From NCBI RefSeq assembly GCF_947038635.1, contig NZ_CAMQXC010000001.1, positions 1 through 63,909 on the forward strand: a stretch of 63,909 bases of DNA, written 5' to 3'. The stretch's first letter is position 1; every line of letters starts with the position of its first letter. The notes under the pieces were generated by a model. That model had not been told where the DNA came from. It saw nothing but the letters and a program-made list of their open reading frames with translations, and did no database searches. Source of the stretch: an uncultured Cetobacterium sp. (lineage in GTDB: Bacteria; Fusobacteriota; Fusobacteriia; Fusobacteriales; Fusobacteriaceae). Both the position numbers and the translations under genes were made by a program. This document shows, piece after piece, positions 29,085 to 38,977 of this stretch.

Positions 29085-30428
29085 ATGAAAATAATAATTA
29101 TCGGTGGAGTTGCTGCTGGAATGTCAGCAGCAGCAAAAGCAAGTAGACTTAACAAAGAAGCAGAGTTAGTAATTTATGAAAAAACTGAGGTTGTTTCATG
29201 GGGAGCTTGTGGGCTTCCATACTATGTTGGAAACTTTTTTGAAAGTCCAAATAATATGATAGCAAGACCAGTAGAGAAATTTATAGAAGCTGGAATGAAC
29301 ATAAAAATAAAGCATGAAGTTATAGCAATTGACGTAGATAAAAAAGAGGTAACTGTTAAAAATTTAGTAACAGGTGAAACTTTTATAGATAATTACGATA
29401 AATTAATGGTAGCTACTGGGGCTCATGCAATAATGCCACCAATCAAAAATTTATCAACTAAGGGTGTATATACTTTAAAAGATTATACAGATGGAATTAT
29501 CTTAAAAGAAGAGATGCTAAAAGATGAGAATCAAGATATTGTTATAGTTGGAGCTGGATATATCGGACTTGAAGTAGCAGAGGCAGCTAAGCATTTAGGA
29601 AAAAGAAGTGTTAGAATAATTCAATTAGGTGATAGAGTTCTTCTAGAAAGTTTTGATAAAGAGATAACTGATGTTATGGAAGAGGAAATAAGAACTCACG
29701 AAGGCGTAGAACTACATTTAGAAGAGATTGTACAAGAGATTGTAGAAGAAAATGGAAAAGTTGTAAAAGTGAAAACTAACAAAGGTGAATACCCAGCTGA
29801 TATAGTTGTTGTATCAACAGGAGTAAGACCAAATACAGCTTTCTTAAAAGAAACAGGAATTGAAATGTTAGGAAATGGAGCTTTAATAATAGATAATCAT
29901 GGAAGAACAAGTATTGATTCAATCTATTCAGCAGGAGATTGTGCAACAGTTCCTCACTTAGTAAGAAAAGAAAATGTATATATTCCTCTTGCAACAACTG
30001 CTAATAAAATTGGTAGAATAGTTGGGGAAAACTTAGCTGGAGTAGAAACTGAGTTCCAAGGAACTTTAGGATCAGCAGCAGTAAAAGTTATGGATGTAGA
30101 AGCTGGAAGAACTGGAATAACAGAAGCTGAAGCAATAAAAATGGGAATAAACTATAAAACTGTATTTATAAAAGATAAAAATCAAACAAACTACTATCCA
30201 GGTAGAGAGGATATATTTGTAAAGTTAATTTATGATGCAGATACAAGAGTTCTTTTAGGAGGACAAATTGCAGGTAAAAAAGGTGCAGTTTTAAGAGTAG
30301 ATTCATTAGCAACAGCAATTTATGCTGAGTTAACAGTAGATGAGATTGGAATGATGGATTTCTGTTATGCTCCACCATTTGCTAGAACTTGGGATGTAAT
30401 GAACGTAGCAGGTAATGTAGCAAAATAA
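29085..30428 (+). CDS. cdr: CoA-disulfide reductase family flavoprotein
   Basis: GGVAAGMSAA, SWGACGLPY single redox Cys, GAGYIGLE, DFCYAPPF. Confidence 0.88.
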   Translation: MKIIIIGGVAAGMSAAAKASRLNKEAELVIYEKTEVVSWGACGLPYYVGNFFESPNNMIARPVEKFIEAGMNIKIKHEVIAIDVDKKEVTVKNLVTGETFIDNYDKLMVATGAHAIMPPIKNLSTKGVYTLKDYTDGIILKEEMLKDENQDIVIVGAGYIGLEVAEAAKHLGKRSVRIIQLGDRVLLESFDKEITDVMEEEIRTHEGVELHLEEIVQEIVEENGKVVKVKTNKGEYPADIVVVSTGVRPNTAFLKETGIEMLGNGALIIDNHGRTSIDSIYSAGDCATVPHLVRKENVYIPLATTANKIGRIVGENLAGVETEFQGTLGSAAVKVMDVEAGRTGITEAEAIKMGINYKTVFIKDKNQTNYYPGREDIFVKLIYDADTRVLLGGQIAGKKGAVLRVDSLATAIYAELTVDEIGMMDFCYAPPFARTWDVMNVAGNVAK

Positions 30429-30476
30429 AATAGGCTTCAATAAAAATTAAAATATAGAAACGGGAGAAAAAAAACA

Positions 30477-31907
30477 ATGAACAATGTATTTTTTGAACAA
30501 TTTTTAATGATTAGTGATTTGAAAACTGTTGGTTTCTTAGTAGCATTATTAGTAATTTTATTTCTAATAAATATGTTACCAAAGAAAAAATTTAACTTTT
30601 CAGCAAAAGTTATGGTTGCAACAGTTGTTGGTTTAATTTTAGGATTAGCAATTCAATTTGTAGCTGGATTCCCAGAGAATCCAATGAACTTAACATTCGT
30701 AAAAGAGACAACGCTATGGTATAGTTTACTTGGTGGAGGATTTATCTCTTTAATTAGAATGTTAGTTATTCCATTAGTTATGGTATCAATTATCCATGTT
30801 ATTATTAACATGAAAGAGGATGCGAATTTAGGAGACTTAGTAAAGAAAAGTTTAATTATTACTTTAGTAATGGTTGCAATTTCTGTAGGTGTAGGATTAC
30901 TTTTAGGAAATCTATTTGAAGTAGGAAAAGTTTCAACTGATGCGGCTCAAGCAATGGCAACAACAGGTGGAGGAAAAATTAGAGAGGTTAGTAATATTGT
31001 TGATACATTAAAAGCCCTTATTCCTTCAAATCCAGTTGAAGCAATGGTTAAGTTAAATATCGTTGGATTAGTTATATTCTCAGCAGTTGTTGGAGTAGCA
31101 GCAAAGAGAATGTCAAAGAAATATATGGATACTGTAAAGCCATTCTTTGATTTAATAAATGCTTCTCAAAAGATTATAGTATCGATGGCAATGAGTATTA
31201 TTAGATGGATGCCTTTAGCAGTAGTTCCATTATTAGCAAACACAATTGCACAAAAAGGTATTGGAGCAATAGCAGAAGTAGGAAAATTCATCGCAGTTTT
31301 ATACTTAGCAACAGCAGTTATGTTTGTAATACAGATGATAGCAGTATCGTTCTTTGGATTAAATCCATTTACATATGTAAAGAAAAGTATCTCTTTAATG
31401 ATTTTAGCATTTACATCTAGATCAAGTGTTGGATGTTTACCAGTAACAATTTCAACATTAACTAATAAATTAGGTGTTAGTGAATCAACAGCAAGTTTTG
31501 TTGCGAGTTTTGGTACAACAGCAGGAATGCAAGGATGTGCAGGAATATTCCCAGCATTAACAATTGTGTTTGTTACAAATATGAGTGGACATCCAATTGA
31601 TGCAACATTAATAGTAATGTCTATAATCGTTGTGGCAATTAGTTCGTTAGGAATTGCAGGAATTCCAGGAACAGCAACAATGGCAGCTTCAGTTGCTTTA
31701 TCAGGAACTGGATTAGCAGCTATGTTCCCTCTAATTAATCCAATCTTAGCAATCGATCCTATCATCGATATGCCAAGAACGATGTTAAATGTAATTGGAT
31801 CAGTTACAAATGCATTAATGGTTGATAAGAGTTTAGGAAACTTAAATCATGAAGTTTATCAAAATGCAGAAGCAGGAAATGAAGCAAACTCTTCTGAGAT
31901 TGAGTAA
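30477..31907 (+). CDS. Dicarboxylate/amino acid:cation symporter (TcyP-like L-cystine transporter)
   Basis: AFTSRSS, GMQGCAG, GIAGIPG and IDPIIDMPRT motifs; operon context. Confidence 0.8.
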   Translation: MNNVFFEQFLMISDLKTVGFLVALLVILFLINMLPKKKFNFSAKVMVATVVGLILGLAIQFVAGFPENPMNLTFVKETTLWYSLLGGGFISLIRMLVIPLVMVSIIHVIINMKEDANLGDLVKKSLIITLVMVAISVGVGLLLGNLFEVGKVSTDAAQAMATTGGGKIREVSNIVDTLKALIPSNPVEAMVKLNIVGLVIFSAVVGVAAKRMSKKYMDTVKPFFDLINASQKIIVSMAMSIIRWMPLAVVPLLANTIAQKGIGAIAEVGKFIAVLYLATAVMFVIQMIAVSFFGLNPFTYVKKSISLMILAFTSRSSVGCLPVTISTLTNKLGVSESTASFVASFGTTAGMQGCAGIFPALTIVFVTNMSGHPIDATLIVMSIIVVAISSLGIAGIPGTATMAASVALSGTGLAAMFPLINPILAIDPIIDMPRTMLNVIGSVTNALMVDKSLGNLNHEVYQNAEAGNEANSSEIE

Positions 31908-31911
31908 TAAT

Positions 31912-31939
31912 AAAAAAAGCCACCTTTAAGGTGGCTTTT
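31912..31939. terminator. Bidirectional terminator
   Basis: AAAAGCCACCTT / AAGGTGGCTTTT between convergent genes. Confidence 0.8.
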
Positions 31940-31942
31940 ACT

Positions 31943-33652
31943 TTATCTAATTCCATGATATAACCTATAGAATTTACCTTCTAATTTTAAAAGTTCTTTG
32001 AATGAACCTGATTCAACAATATTATCATCTCCTAAGACATAGATTTTATCAAAATCTTCAAGAATACTAAGTCTATGAGTTATTGCGATAACAATTCTAT
32101 CACTATACTCCTCTTTTATATTTTTTAAAATAGATTTTTCATTGATAATATCTAAGGCATTAGTTGCTTCATCTAAAAGAATTAAATCAGGATTTTTTAA
32201 GAATAATCTAGCCATAGCAATCTTTTGTCTTTGTCCAGAGCTTACATGTACTCCCCCTTCCCCAATTATAGTATTTTCCTCTTGAGGAAATTTGTCAAAA
32301 ATTTCATAAACATATGATTTTTCAATTGCAAAGTTTAATTCATCTTCAGTATAATTTTCTTTTACAAGAGTGATATTATCAATTAAGCTTCCATTTATAA
32401 TATAGTCACTTTGGTCTACAATTCCAAGTCGTTCTAAATAAGTTTTAAAAGTTATTTTATTTAATGGAATATTATTAATTAAAATCTCTCCATTTGTAGG
32501 AAGTAAAGCTCTTTTTAAAAGAGAAGCAGTAGTACTTTTTCCAATTCCACTTTCACCAACTAAAGCTATCTTCTCACCTTTTCCAATTTTTAAATTAAAA
32601 TTTTGTAAAATAGATTTTTCATCATAAGAGAATCCAATATTTTTAAATTCAATTGAGATAATAGGTTCTGTTAGTGGTGTATCTCCATCTATTCTGTTGT
32701 TAAGATTTACAATTTCAGTAAATCTATTAACTCCGGATATCCCTTTTTGATAGATATCAACAAGTCCAACCATTCTCATAATTCTGAGTCTAAAACGATC
32801 AACCAAAAGTAAAAAAGATAAGATAATTCCCATAGTAACTCCATCTTTTATATACAAGTAACCTCCAGCAAGAATAATTATAAGTTGAGTTATATTGGAG
32901 TAAAAAGTTACACCTGAAACAATTAAGCTAGATGGAATCATATTTTTCTTTTCACTTTCTAAAAGAGTATCATTTTTTTCAAGAAATCTTTTTTGAGCAT
33001 AATCTTCTAAATAGTTATCTTTTAAAAAAGAGATAGTTCTTAAAATATCATGGAGATTAGCAGATAATAAACCTGAATTTTTTCGAACACTTCTATGACC
33101 AGCCTTCATTTTTTTATTTTCCTTATAAACAAAGATTAATGTTAGAGGTAAAGGAAACAAAGTAATTAGTGAAAGTTTTAAATCAAAATCTATCATTATA
33201 AATATAGAGGCAATAATAGTTATAACTGAAAATATAAAATCTTCTAATCCTCTGTGACAAAGAGTAGAAACGCTATCTAAGTCATTAATAACTCTAGAAA
33301 TTAAATCACCACTTTGATTTTTTTTAAAAAATTCACTAGGTTGATTTAAAAGTTTTTTTAATAGATCATTTCTCATACTTTGTTTTATTTTACTACCCAT
33401 TAATTTTCCGTTTGCTTGAGAATTAACAGCAAAAAATAGACGTAAAATATAAAGAATAATTAGTACAACAGAAAATTTTAATAATAAATCAATATTTTTA
33501 GATGGAAGAGCATCATCTATTAAATTTTTAATTAAAAGTGGTGAGTATACATCAATAGCAGTCATAGCTAATCTCACACCTAAAAATAGAAGAAGAAGCT
33601 TATTTTCCTTTTTCAAATAGTAAATAAGAGTTCCAAAAGATGTTTTTTTCAT
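31943..33652 (-). CDS. ABC exporter-type transporter (fused TMD + ATPase)
   Basis: N-terminal TM helices, GESGIGKST, VSSGQRQKI, LLDEAT. Confidence 0.9.
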   Translation of the reverse strand: MKKTSFGTLIYYLKKENKLLLLFLGVRLAMTAIDVYSPLLIKNLIDDALPSKNIDLLLKFSVVLIILYILRLFFAVNSQANGKLMGSKIKQSMRNDLLKKLLNQPSEFFKKNQSGDLISRVINDLDSVSTLCHRGLEDFIFSVITIIASIFIMIDFDLKLSLITLFPLPLTLIFVYKENKKMKAGHRSVRKNSGLLSANLHDILRTISFLKDNYLEDYAQKRFLEKNDTLLESEKKNMIPSSLIVSGVTFYSNITQLIIILAGGYLYIKDGVTMGIILSFLLLVDRFRLRIMRMVGLVDIYQKGISGVNRFTEIVNLNNRIDGDTPLTEPIISIEFKNIGFSYDEKSILQNFNLKIGKGEKIALVGESGIGKSTTASLLKRALLPTNGEILINNIPLNKITFKTYLERLGIVDQSDYIINGSLIDNITLVKENYTEDELNFAIEKSYVYEIFDKFPQEENTIIGEGGVHVSSGQRQKIAMARLFLKNPDLILLDEATNALDIINEKSILKNIKEEYSDRIVIAITHRLSILEDFDKIYVLGDDNIVESGSFKELLKLEGKFYRLYHGIR

Positions 33653-33824
33653 AAAAAGTTCTCCTTAAAATACATTTATTTCTAAATTAATAGTAACTTT
33701 TTTTATATATAAAAGTCAATACTTCTAGATATAAATAATATAAATAATAGATGATAATGTTATAAATTTTAGATAATTTGATTGAAATTTGTACGATAAA
33801 GTGCTAATATTAATTAGATAAAAC

Positions 33825-33976
33825 GTAATGGTTCAACTAGATTAAAAGGGAATTGAGTGTGAGTCTCAAACGGTCCCGCCACTGTATAGAGGATGAAAAC
33901 AGTAATACCACTGAGGTAAGAAACCTTGGGAAGGGCTGTGAGTAGGATGAATCTAAGTCAGGAGACCTGCCATTAT
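33825..33976 (+). ncRNA. Cobalamin riboswitch
   Basis: GGT...AAAAGGGAA...CCCGCCACTGTA...CCACTG...GGGAAGG...AAGTCAGGAGACCTGCCAT (B12 box); upstream of cbiK. Confidence 0.93.
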
Positions 33977-34015
33977 TTAGAATTCTGCGAGGACAGAGAA
34001 GGTAAAATTTTTTAC

Positions 34016-34053
34016 ACTTCTCTTTTAGTATTTTCAAAAGGGAGGTTTTTTTT
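34016..34053 (+). terminator. Probable expression-platform terminator of the B12 riboswitch
   Basis: CTTCTCTTTT / AAAAGGGAGG stem followed by a long T-run; upstream AGAGAAGG could act as antiterminator. Confidence 0.65.
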
Positions 34054-34112
34054 ATTGGTGAGAATTTTTAATTTAAAATAAAATAAATAAAAATGATATA
34101 GGGAGATTAGAG

Positions 34113-34955
34113 ATGAACTTTTACAAAACTATGGAAAAGGGCGCAATTGTAGCAGCACATTTTGGAACGACGCATGAGGACACAAGAGAAAAAACAATAG
34201 ATATAATAAATAAAAAATTAAAAAATGAGTTTGATAAATTAGATTTTTTTCAAGTTTACACATCAAGAATTATAAACAGAATACTTTCAAAAAGAGGTAT
34301 CGAAAATTTAAATACTACTCAAGTCCTAGAAAGATTAGTTGAGCAAGGATATCAGCATGTAATTATTCAACCAACATATATAATAAATGGAACTGAAATG
34401 GAAGCTTTAAAAAGAGAAGCGGATATGTTTTCTGATAAATTTGAAGATATAAGAGTTGGAACACCATTATTAACAGAAGTAGATGACTATTTTAACCTAA
34501 TTGAAGTAATAGAAAAGGAAACTGGTATTTTAAAAGATGATGAAGGTGTTGTAATGATAGGGCATGGAACAGAACATCCAGCACTATCAGCTTATCCTAT
34601 GTTAGCTTATGTTACTAGGGATTTAGAAAAATCTATATATATTGGTACAGTAGAAGGATATCCGGGATTAGATAATGTTGTGAGAGAGTTAAAAAGAGAT
34701 AATAAAAGAAAAGTTACATTAATGCCACTAATGTTTGTTGCAGGAGATCATGCTAAAAATGATATAGCTGAAGACTGGAAAGAAGCATTAGAAGAGAATG
34801 GCTTCGAAGTAGAAGTAAATTTAAGAGGTTTAGGTGAAATTGAATCTATTCAAAATATTTTTATAGAAAAAGCTAAAAAATTAGAAAATTCTCAACCAGA
34901 AGATATACTAGTGAAAAAAGCTGAGTATGCTAAAGGAAGAAAAGCTTCTCACTAA
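34113..34955 (+). CDS. cbiK: Sirohydrochlorin cobaltochelatase CbiK
   Basis: HFGTT, GHGTEH, GTVEGYP, PLMFVAGDHAKND, GLGE. Confidence 0.93.
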   Translation: MNFYKTMEKGAIVAAHFGTTHEDTREKTIDIINKKLKNEFDKLDFFQVYTSRIINRILSKRGIENLNTTQVLERLVEQGYQHVIIQPTYIINGTEMEALKREADMFSDKFEDIRVGTPLLTEVDDYFNLIEVIEKETGILKDDEGVVMIGHGTEHPALSAYPMLAYVTRDLEKSIYIGTVEGYPGLDNVVRELKRDNKRKVTLMPLMFVAGDHAKNDIAEDWKEALEENGFEVEVNLRGLGEIESIQNIFIEKAKKLENSQPEDILVKKAEYAKGRKASH

Positions 34956-34999
34956 TTGGAAGAGTTAAACTCTTCCGCTTTTTATTAAAAGGAGAAATT

Positions 35000-35860
35000 A
35001 TGAAGAAAATATTATTACTATTTTTATTGATAACTACTTTAAGTTTTTCTAAAGAGAATGTAAGAGCAGTTTCAACATCACAGTTTACAACAGAAATTTT
35101 ATTAGCTATAGGAGCAGAAAATCAAATTTTAGGAACAGCTTATTTAGATGATGAAATACTTCCAGAATTAAAGGAGAAATATAATAAAATACCAATTTTA
35201 TCAAAAGGAGCTCCAACTAAAGAGCAATTTTATGCTTTGAATCCTAATTTTTTGACAGGATGGAAGTCTATAGCAACTCCTAAAAATTTAGGAACAGTGG
35301 AAGAGTTAAAAGAAAATGGAGTAGAAGTAGTTTTTACAAAATCTCAGGATACATCTAAAATTGAGGATATATATGATGATATAATAATGTTTGGTAATAT
35401 TTTTAATTTAAAAGACAATGCTGAAAATGTTGTTGAAAATATGAAAAAAGATATTGAAAAAGTAAAAGAAAATAATAAAAATAAAAAGAAAATAAAAGTT
35501 TTTGCATATGATAGCCAAGAGTCAGCTCCTTTTGTAGTTGGAGGAAATGGAATTGGAAATACATTAATAGAAATAGCTGGTGGAGAAAATATTTTTAAAG
35601 ATACAAACTTTTCTTTTGGAGTTGGAACTTGGGAAAAAGTTTTAGATGAAAATCCAGAGGCTATAATAGTTGTAGATTATGGAAATATAAGTTATGAGAA
35701 TAAAATAAAGTATTTAAAAAAGAGTTCTCCAATATCACAATTAGAAGCAGTAAAAAATAATAGATTTATAAGAATTCCCTTAAGTTATATCTCAGCTGGA
35801 ATAAAAGCTAGTAAAGGTATTGAAATAATTTCAAATGGGTTAAGAGAGGATAAAAAGTGA
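35000..35860 (+). CDS. Cobalamin/iron-chelate ABC substrate-binding protein
   Basis: Signal peptide, TEILLAIG, AGGENIF, AVKNNRF; under a B12 riboswitch. Confidence 0.85.
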   Translation: MKKILLLFLLITTLSFSKENVRAVSTSQFTTEILLAIGAENQILGTAYLDDEILPELKEKYNKIPILSKGAPTKEQFYALNPNFLTGWKSIATPKNLGTVEELKENGVEVVFTKSQDTSKIEDIYDDIIMFGNIFNLKDNAENVVENMKKDIEKVKENNKNKKKIKVFAYDSQESAPFVVGGNGIGNTLIEIAGGENIFKDTNFSFGVGTWEKVLDENPEAIIVVDYGNISYENKIKYLKKSSPISQLEAVKNNRFIRIPLSYISAGIKASKGIEIISNGLREDKK

Positions 35861-36888
35861 AAATAAAAGATAAAAATATAGTTATAATATCTCTTATTTT
35901 AATTATAGTTTTAGGAACAATAGCGGTAACAATTGGAAGTGTTTCTTTATCTCCAGTTCATGTTTGGAAAATACTAATAAATAAATTATCTAATAAAGAA
36001 ATATTTTCTACTGAATGGAAAAAATCAACAGAGATGATTGTTTGGAATTTAAGAGTTCCAAGAGTTATTTTGGCTTTATTAGGAGGAGCTGGTTTATCTT
36101 TAGTTGGAATTTTAATGCAAGCATTAACTAAAAACTCTTTAGCTAGTCCATATATTTTAGGGATATCTTCAGGAGCTAGTACAGGTGCAGTAATCTCTAT
36201 TGTATTAGGAAGTCTTTTAGGAGTATCATTTTCACCTGGTGTTGGCGCTTTTGTTTTTGGAACCTTTACAGCTTTTTTAGTTTTTTATTTAGCTGGAAAT
36301 GGAGGGTATTCAAGTACAAAACTTGTTTTAATAGGTGTAGCTGTCTCCTCTTTATTTTCAGGAATTACAACATTTTTAGTTACAACTGCTAAAAATGAAT
36401 CACAGCTTAGAGGAGCAATGTTTTGGATTTCTGGAAGTTTAGCAGGAGCTAGATGGGAAGGGTTAATGACACTGTTTTTAGTTTTATTAGTATCAATGAT
36501 TTTAGTTATATTTAAGTATAGAGAATTAAATATTTTGATTGCCGGAGATGAATTAGCTGAGACATTGGGAGTAGATGTAAAGAGATTAAGGTTTTTTATT
36601 GTAATTATATCTACTTTTTTAACAGGATTTATAGTTTCAGCAACAGGAGTAATTGGATTTGTAGGATTAGTAATTCCTCATATATGTAGAGGACTTGTCG
36701 GAAGTAATCACAAAAGATTAATTCCTTGTGCAATACTTTTAGGTGCTTTATTTTTACTAGGAACAGATACTTTAACAAGAATGACGTTTAAAACACAAGA
36801 AATTCCAATAGGAGTTGTAACATCTATGCTAGGAGCTCCATTTTTTATGAGTATGTTAAGAAAAAATAGTTATAATTTTGGAGGATAA
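35857..36888 (+). CDS. FecCD/BtuC-family ABC permease
   Basis: LRVPRV, GISSGAS, IGFVGLVIPH, EIPIGVVT..LGAPFF. Confidence 0.92.
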   Translation: MKIKDKNIVIISLILIIVLGTIAVTIGSVSLSPVHVWKILINKLSNKEIFSTEWKKSTEMIVWNLRVPRVILALLGGAGLSLVGILMQALTKNSLASPYILGISSGASTGAVISIVLGSLLGVSFSPGVGAFVFGTFTAFLVFYLAGNGGYSSTKLVLIGVAVSSLFSGITTFLVTTAKNESQLRGAMFWISGSLAGARWEGLMTLFLVLLVSMILVIFKYRELNILIAGDELAETLGVDVKRLRFFIVIISTFLTGFIVSATGVIGFVGLVIPHICRGLVGSNHKRLIPCAILLGALFLLGTDTLTRMTFKTQEIPIGVVTSMLGAPFFMSMLRKNSYNFGG

Positions 36889-36890
36889 TC

Positions 36891-37640
36891 GTGATAAAAA
36901 TAGACGATTTAGATTTTAAAATAGAAAAAAGAGATATTTTAAAAAATATTAAATTAAATATAGAAGAAAAGAAATTCATTGGAATAATTGGCGAAAATGG
37001 TTGTGGGAAAAGTACACTTTTAAAAAATATATATAGAAATTATATTCCTAAAAAAAATAGTATCTATGTAGATGGAGTGGAACTAAATGATTATTCTGTG
37101 AAAGAGTTATCAAAAAAAATATCTGTTTTAAGTCAAAATCAAAAAATTATTTTTGATTTTACAGTTAAAGAGATAGTTGAAATGGGAAAATATAATAAAA
37201 GTTCTTTATTTTCAAAAAAAGATTATGAAAAAGATATTGATGAAGCTTTAGATAAGGTTGGAATGAAACATTTAAAAGATTCTAGTTTTTTAACACTTTC
37301 TGGTGGGGAGATGCAGAGAGTTTTAATAGCTAGATCTATAGCACAAGAGAGTCAAGTATTACTATTAGATGAACCAACAAATCATTTAGATGTAAGATAT
37401 CAATATCAAATTATGGATTTAGTAAAAAGTCTTGATAAAACGGTTGTCGCAGTAATTCATGATATAAATATAGCAAGTCGTTACTGTGATTATATTTTTG
37501 CCATAAAAAATGGTGAAATAAAATACGAAGGAACACCAGAAGAGGTAGTTGTATCTGAAAAGATAAAGGAGATATTCCAAATAGAGGTAGAAGTGATTAA
37601 ACACCCTTTAAATAACAAGCCAATAGTCATTTTTTTATAA
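36891..37640 (+). CDS. FecE/BtuD-family ABC ATPase
   Basis: GENGCGKST, LSGGEMQR, LLDEPTNHLD. Confidence 0.92.
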   Translation: MIKIDDLDFKIEKRDILKNIKLNIEEKKFIGIIGENGCGKSTLLKNIYRNYIPKKNSIYVDGVELNDYSVKELSKKISVLSQNQKIIFDFTVKEIVEMGKYNKSSLFSKKDYEKDIDEALDKVGMKHLKDSSFLTLSGGEMQRVLIARSIAQESQVLLLDEPTNHLDVRYQYQIMDLVKSLDKTVVAVIHDINIASRYCDYIFAIKNGEIKYEGTPEEVVVSEKIKEIFQIEVEVIKHPLNNKPIVIFL

Positions 37641-37774
37641 ATTTTTTGTGAAAAAAGCTAATTATATTCAGAAAAAATACAAAAAAAATAAAAGCTAGAC
37701 TAAAAAGATAAAAATATGGTAAAATTTATAAAAATTTATAAAAATACTAAAAATAAAGAAAAGAATGGTGGGTT

Positions 37775-38905
37775 ATGAAAAAAGGGAAAAAATTAGTCAT
37801 AGGTATTTTAGTCTTTTTAGTAACATCAATTTTTTATAGAGAGTTTACATTAAAAAATAACGAGGCTAAAAATAAAGAAATAATTGAAAATAAAGAAGTA
37901 GTAAAGAGTGAACAAGTTGTTGAAACTGAAATCTTAGCAATAGAAAAAGTTGAGGTCAAAGAGAACAATAAAGAGGAAAAAGTTGTATCTAATAAGGAAA
38001 GTTCAACTAAATTAGTAGAGGAAAAAATAATACAAACTTCAGAAGAAGAATCGACTTTAGAGGATTTAGAATTAGAGAATAAAATTGCTAAAGAGTGGGA
38101 TGATCAAGAGGGACAAGAGTTAGCAGATCTTGATAGTAGTATTGACCTAGAAGAAAAAATTGTATTAGAAAATATGGAGTATGTAATTAAAAAAGGAGAT
38201 ACTATTTCAGATTTATCTAAAGAATATAAAATAAAAACTGACTATATCTATGCAAATAATATTGATAAAAACTTAAGAGTTCTTCAAATAGGGAAGAAAA
38301 TAAATATTCCAACAGAGCCTGGAATATTCTACTCAATAAAAAAAGGAGATACTTTTGAAGGGTTGTCAAAGAGATTTGAAGTGGATGTTAAAACAATAAA
38401 AGAGGATAATGAGATTGATAGACTTTTAGTTGGAGCTAAAATCTTTTTAAGAGAACCTAAAGTTTCCAGATACTTAAGTAGTTTTAAACAAGAATATGTT
38501 AAGAAAACTAATTTAGGTACTTTTTCTAATCCTTTAGTAGCAATGAGTTTAACAAGTAGTTTTGGTTCAAGAAAACACCCTGTATTAAAGAAAGTTTTAA
38601 ATCATGCAGGTGTAGATTTAAGAGCTAAAACTGGTACAAGAGTTGTTTCTGCAAGAGAGGGTACTGTAACTTTTGCTGGAAGAGCTAGTGGATATGGGAA
38701 ACTTATTATAATAAAACATTCAGATGGTTATGAAACAAGATATGCTCATCTTAGTCAAATAGATGTTAAGAAAGGTCAAAAGATATCTCAAAATCAACAT
38801 ATAGCTTTAAGTGGAGCAACAGGAAGAGTAAGTGGTCCTCACTTACATTTTGAAATAAGAAAAAATGGAAAAATAGAGAATCCATTGACGTATTTAAAAT
38901 TTTAA
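37775..38905 (+). CDS. LysM-domain M23 peptidoglycan endopeptidase
   Basis: N-terminal TM anchor, two LysM repeats (YxIKKGDT), HAGVD, YAHL, GPHLHFE. Confidence 0.92.
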   Translation: MKKGKKLVIGILVFLVTSIFYREFTLKNNEAKNKEIIENKEVVKSEQVVETEILAIEKVEVKENNKEEKVVSNKESSTKLVEEKIIQTSEEESTLEDLELENKIAKEWDDQEGQELADLDSSIDLEEKIVLENMEYVIKKGDTISDLSKEYKIKTDYIYANNIDKNLRVLQIGKKINIPTEPGIFYSIKKGDTFEGLSKRFEVDVKTIKEDNEIDRLLVGAKIFLREPKVSRYLSSFKQEYVKKTNLGTFSNPLVAMSLTSSFGSRKHPVLKKVLNHAGVDLRAKTGTRVVSAREGTVTFAGRASGYGKLIIIKHSDGYETRYAHLSQIDVKKGQKISQNQHIALSGATGRVSGPHLHFEIRKNGKIENPLTYLKF

Positions 38906-38907
38906 TA

Positions 38908-38950
38908 AAATAAAAAATCCCCCGAATAGTTTTGGGGGATTTTATTTTTT
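38908..38950 (+). terminator. Intrinsic terminator
   Basis: AAAAATCCCCC / GGGGGATTTT hairpin plus T-rich tail. Confidence 0.7.
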
Positions 38951-38977
38951 GATAAAAGGTTAAGAGGGAGAAGTGTA

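Noticed and set aside
31166-31765. 199-aa antisense ORF, and similar short shadow ORFs throughout (e.g. 1118-1435, 50137-50478, 50545-50913)
   Set aside because: They lie on the opposite strand of well-supported genes and reflect codon bias; no RBS or motifs.
33837-34037. 66-aa minus-strand ORF
   Set aside because: It is antisense to the cobalamin riboswitch, with no coding features.
37722-37745. Tandem AAAATTTATA duplication upstream of the M23 peptidase
   Set aside because: Low-complexity AT sequence expected by chance at this base composition.
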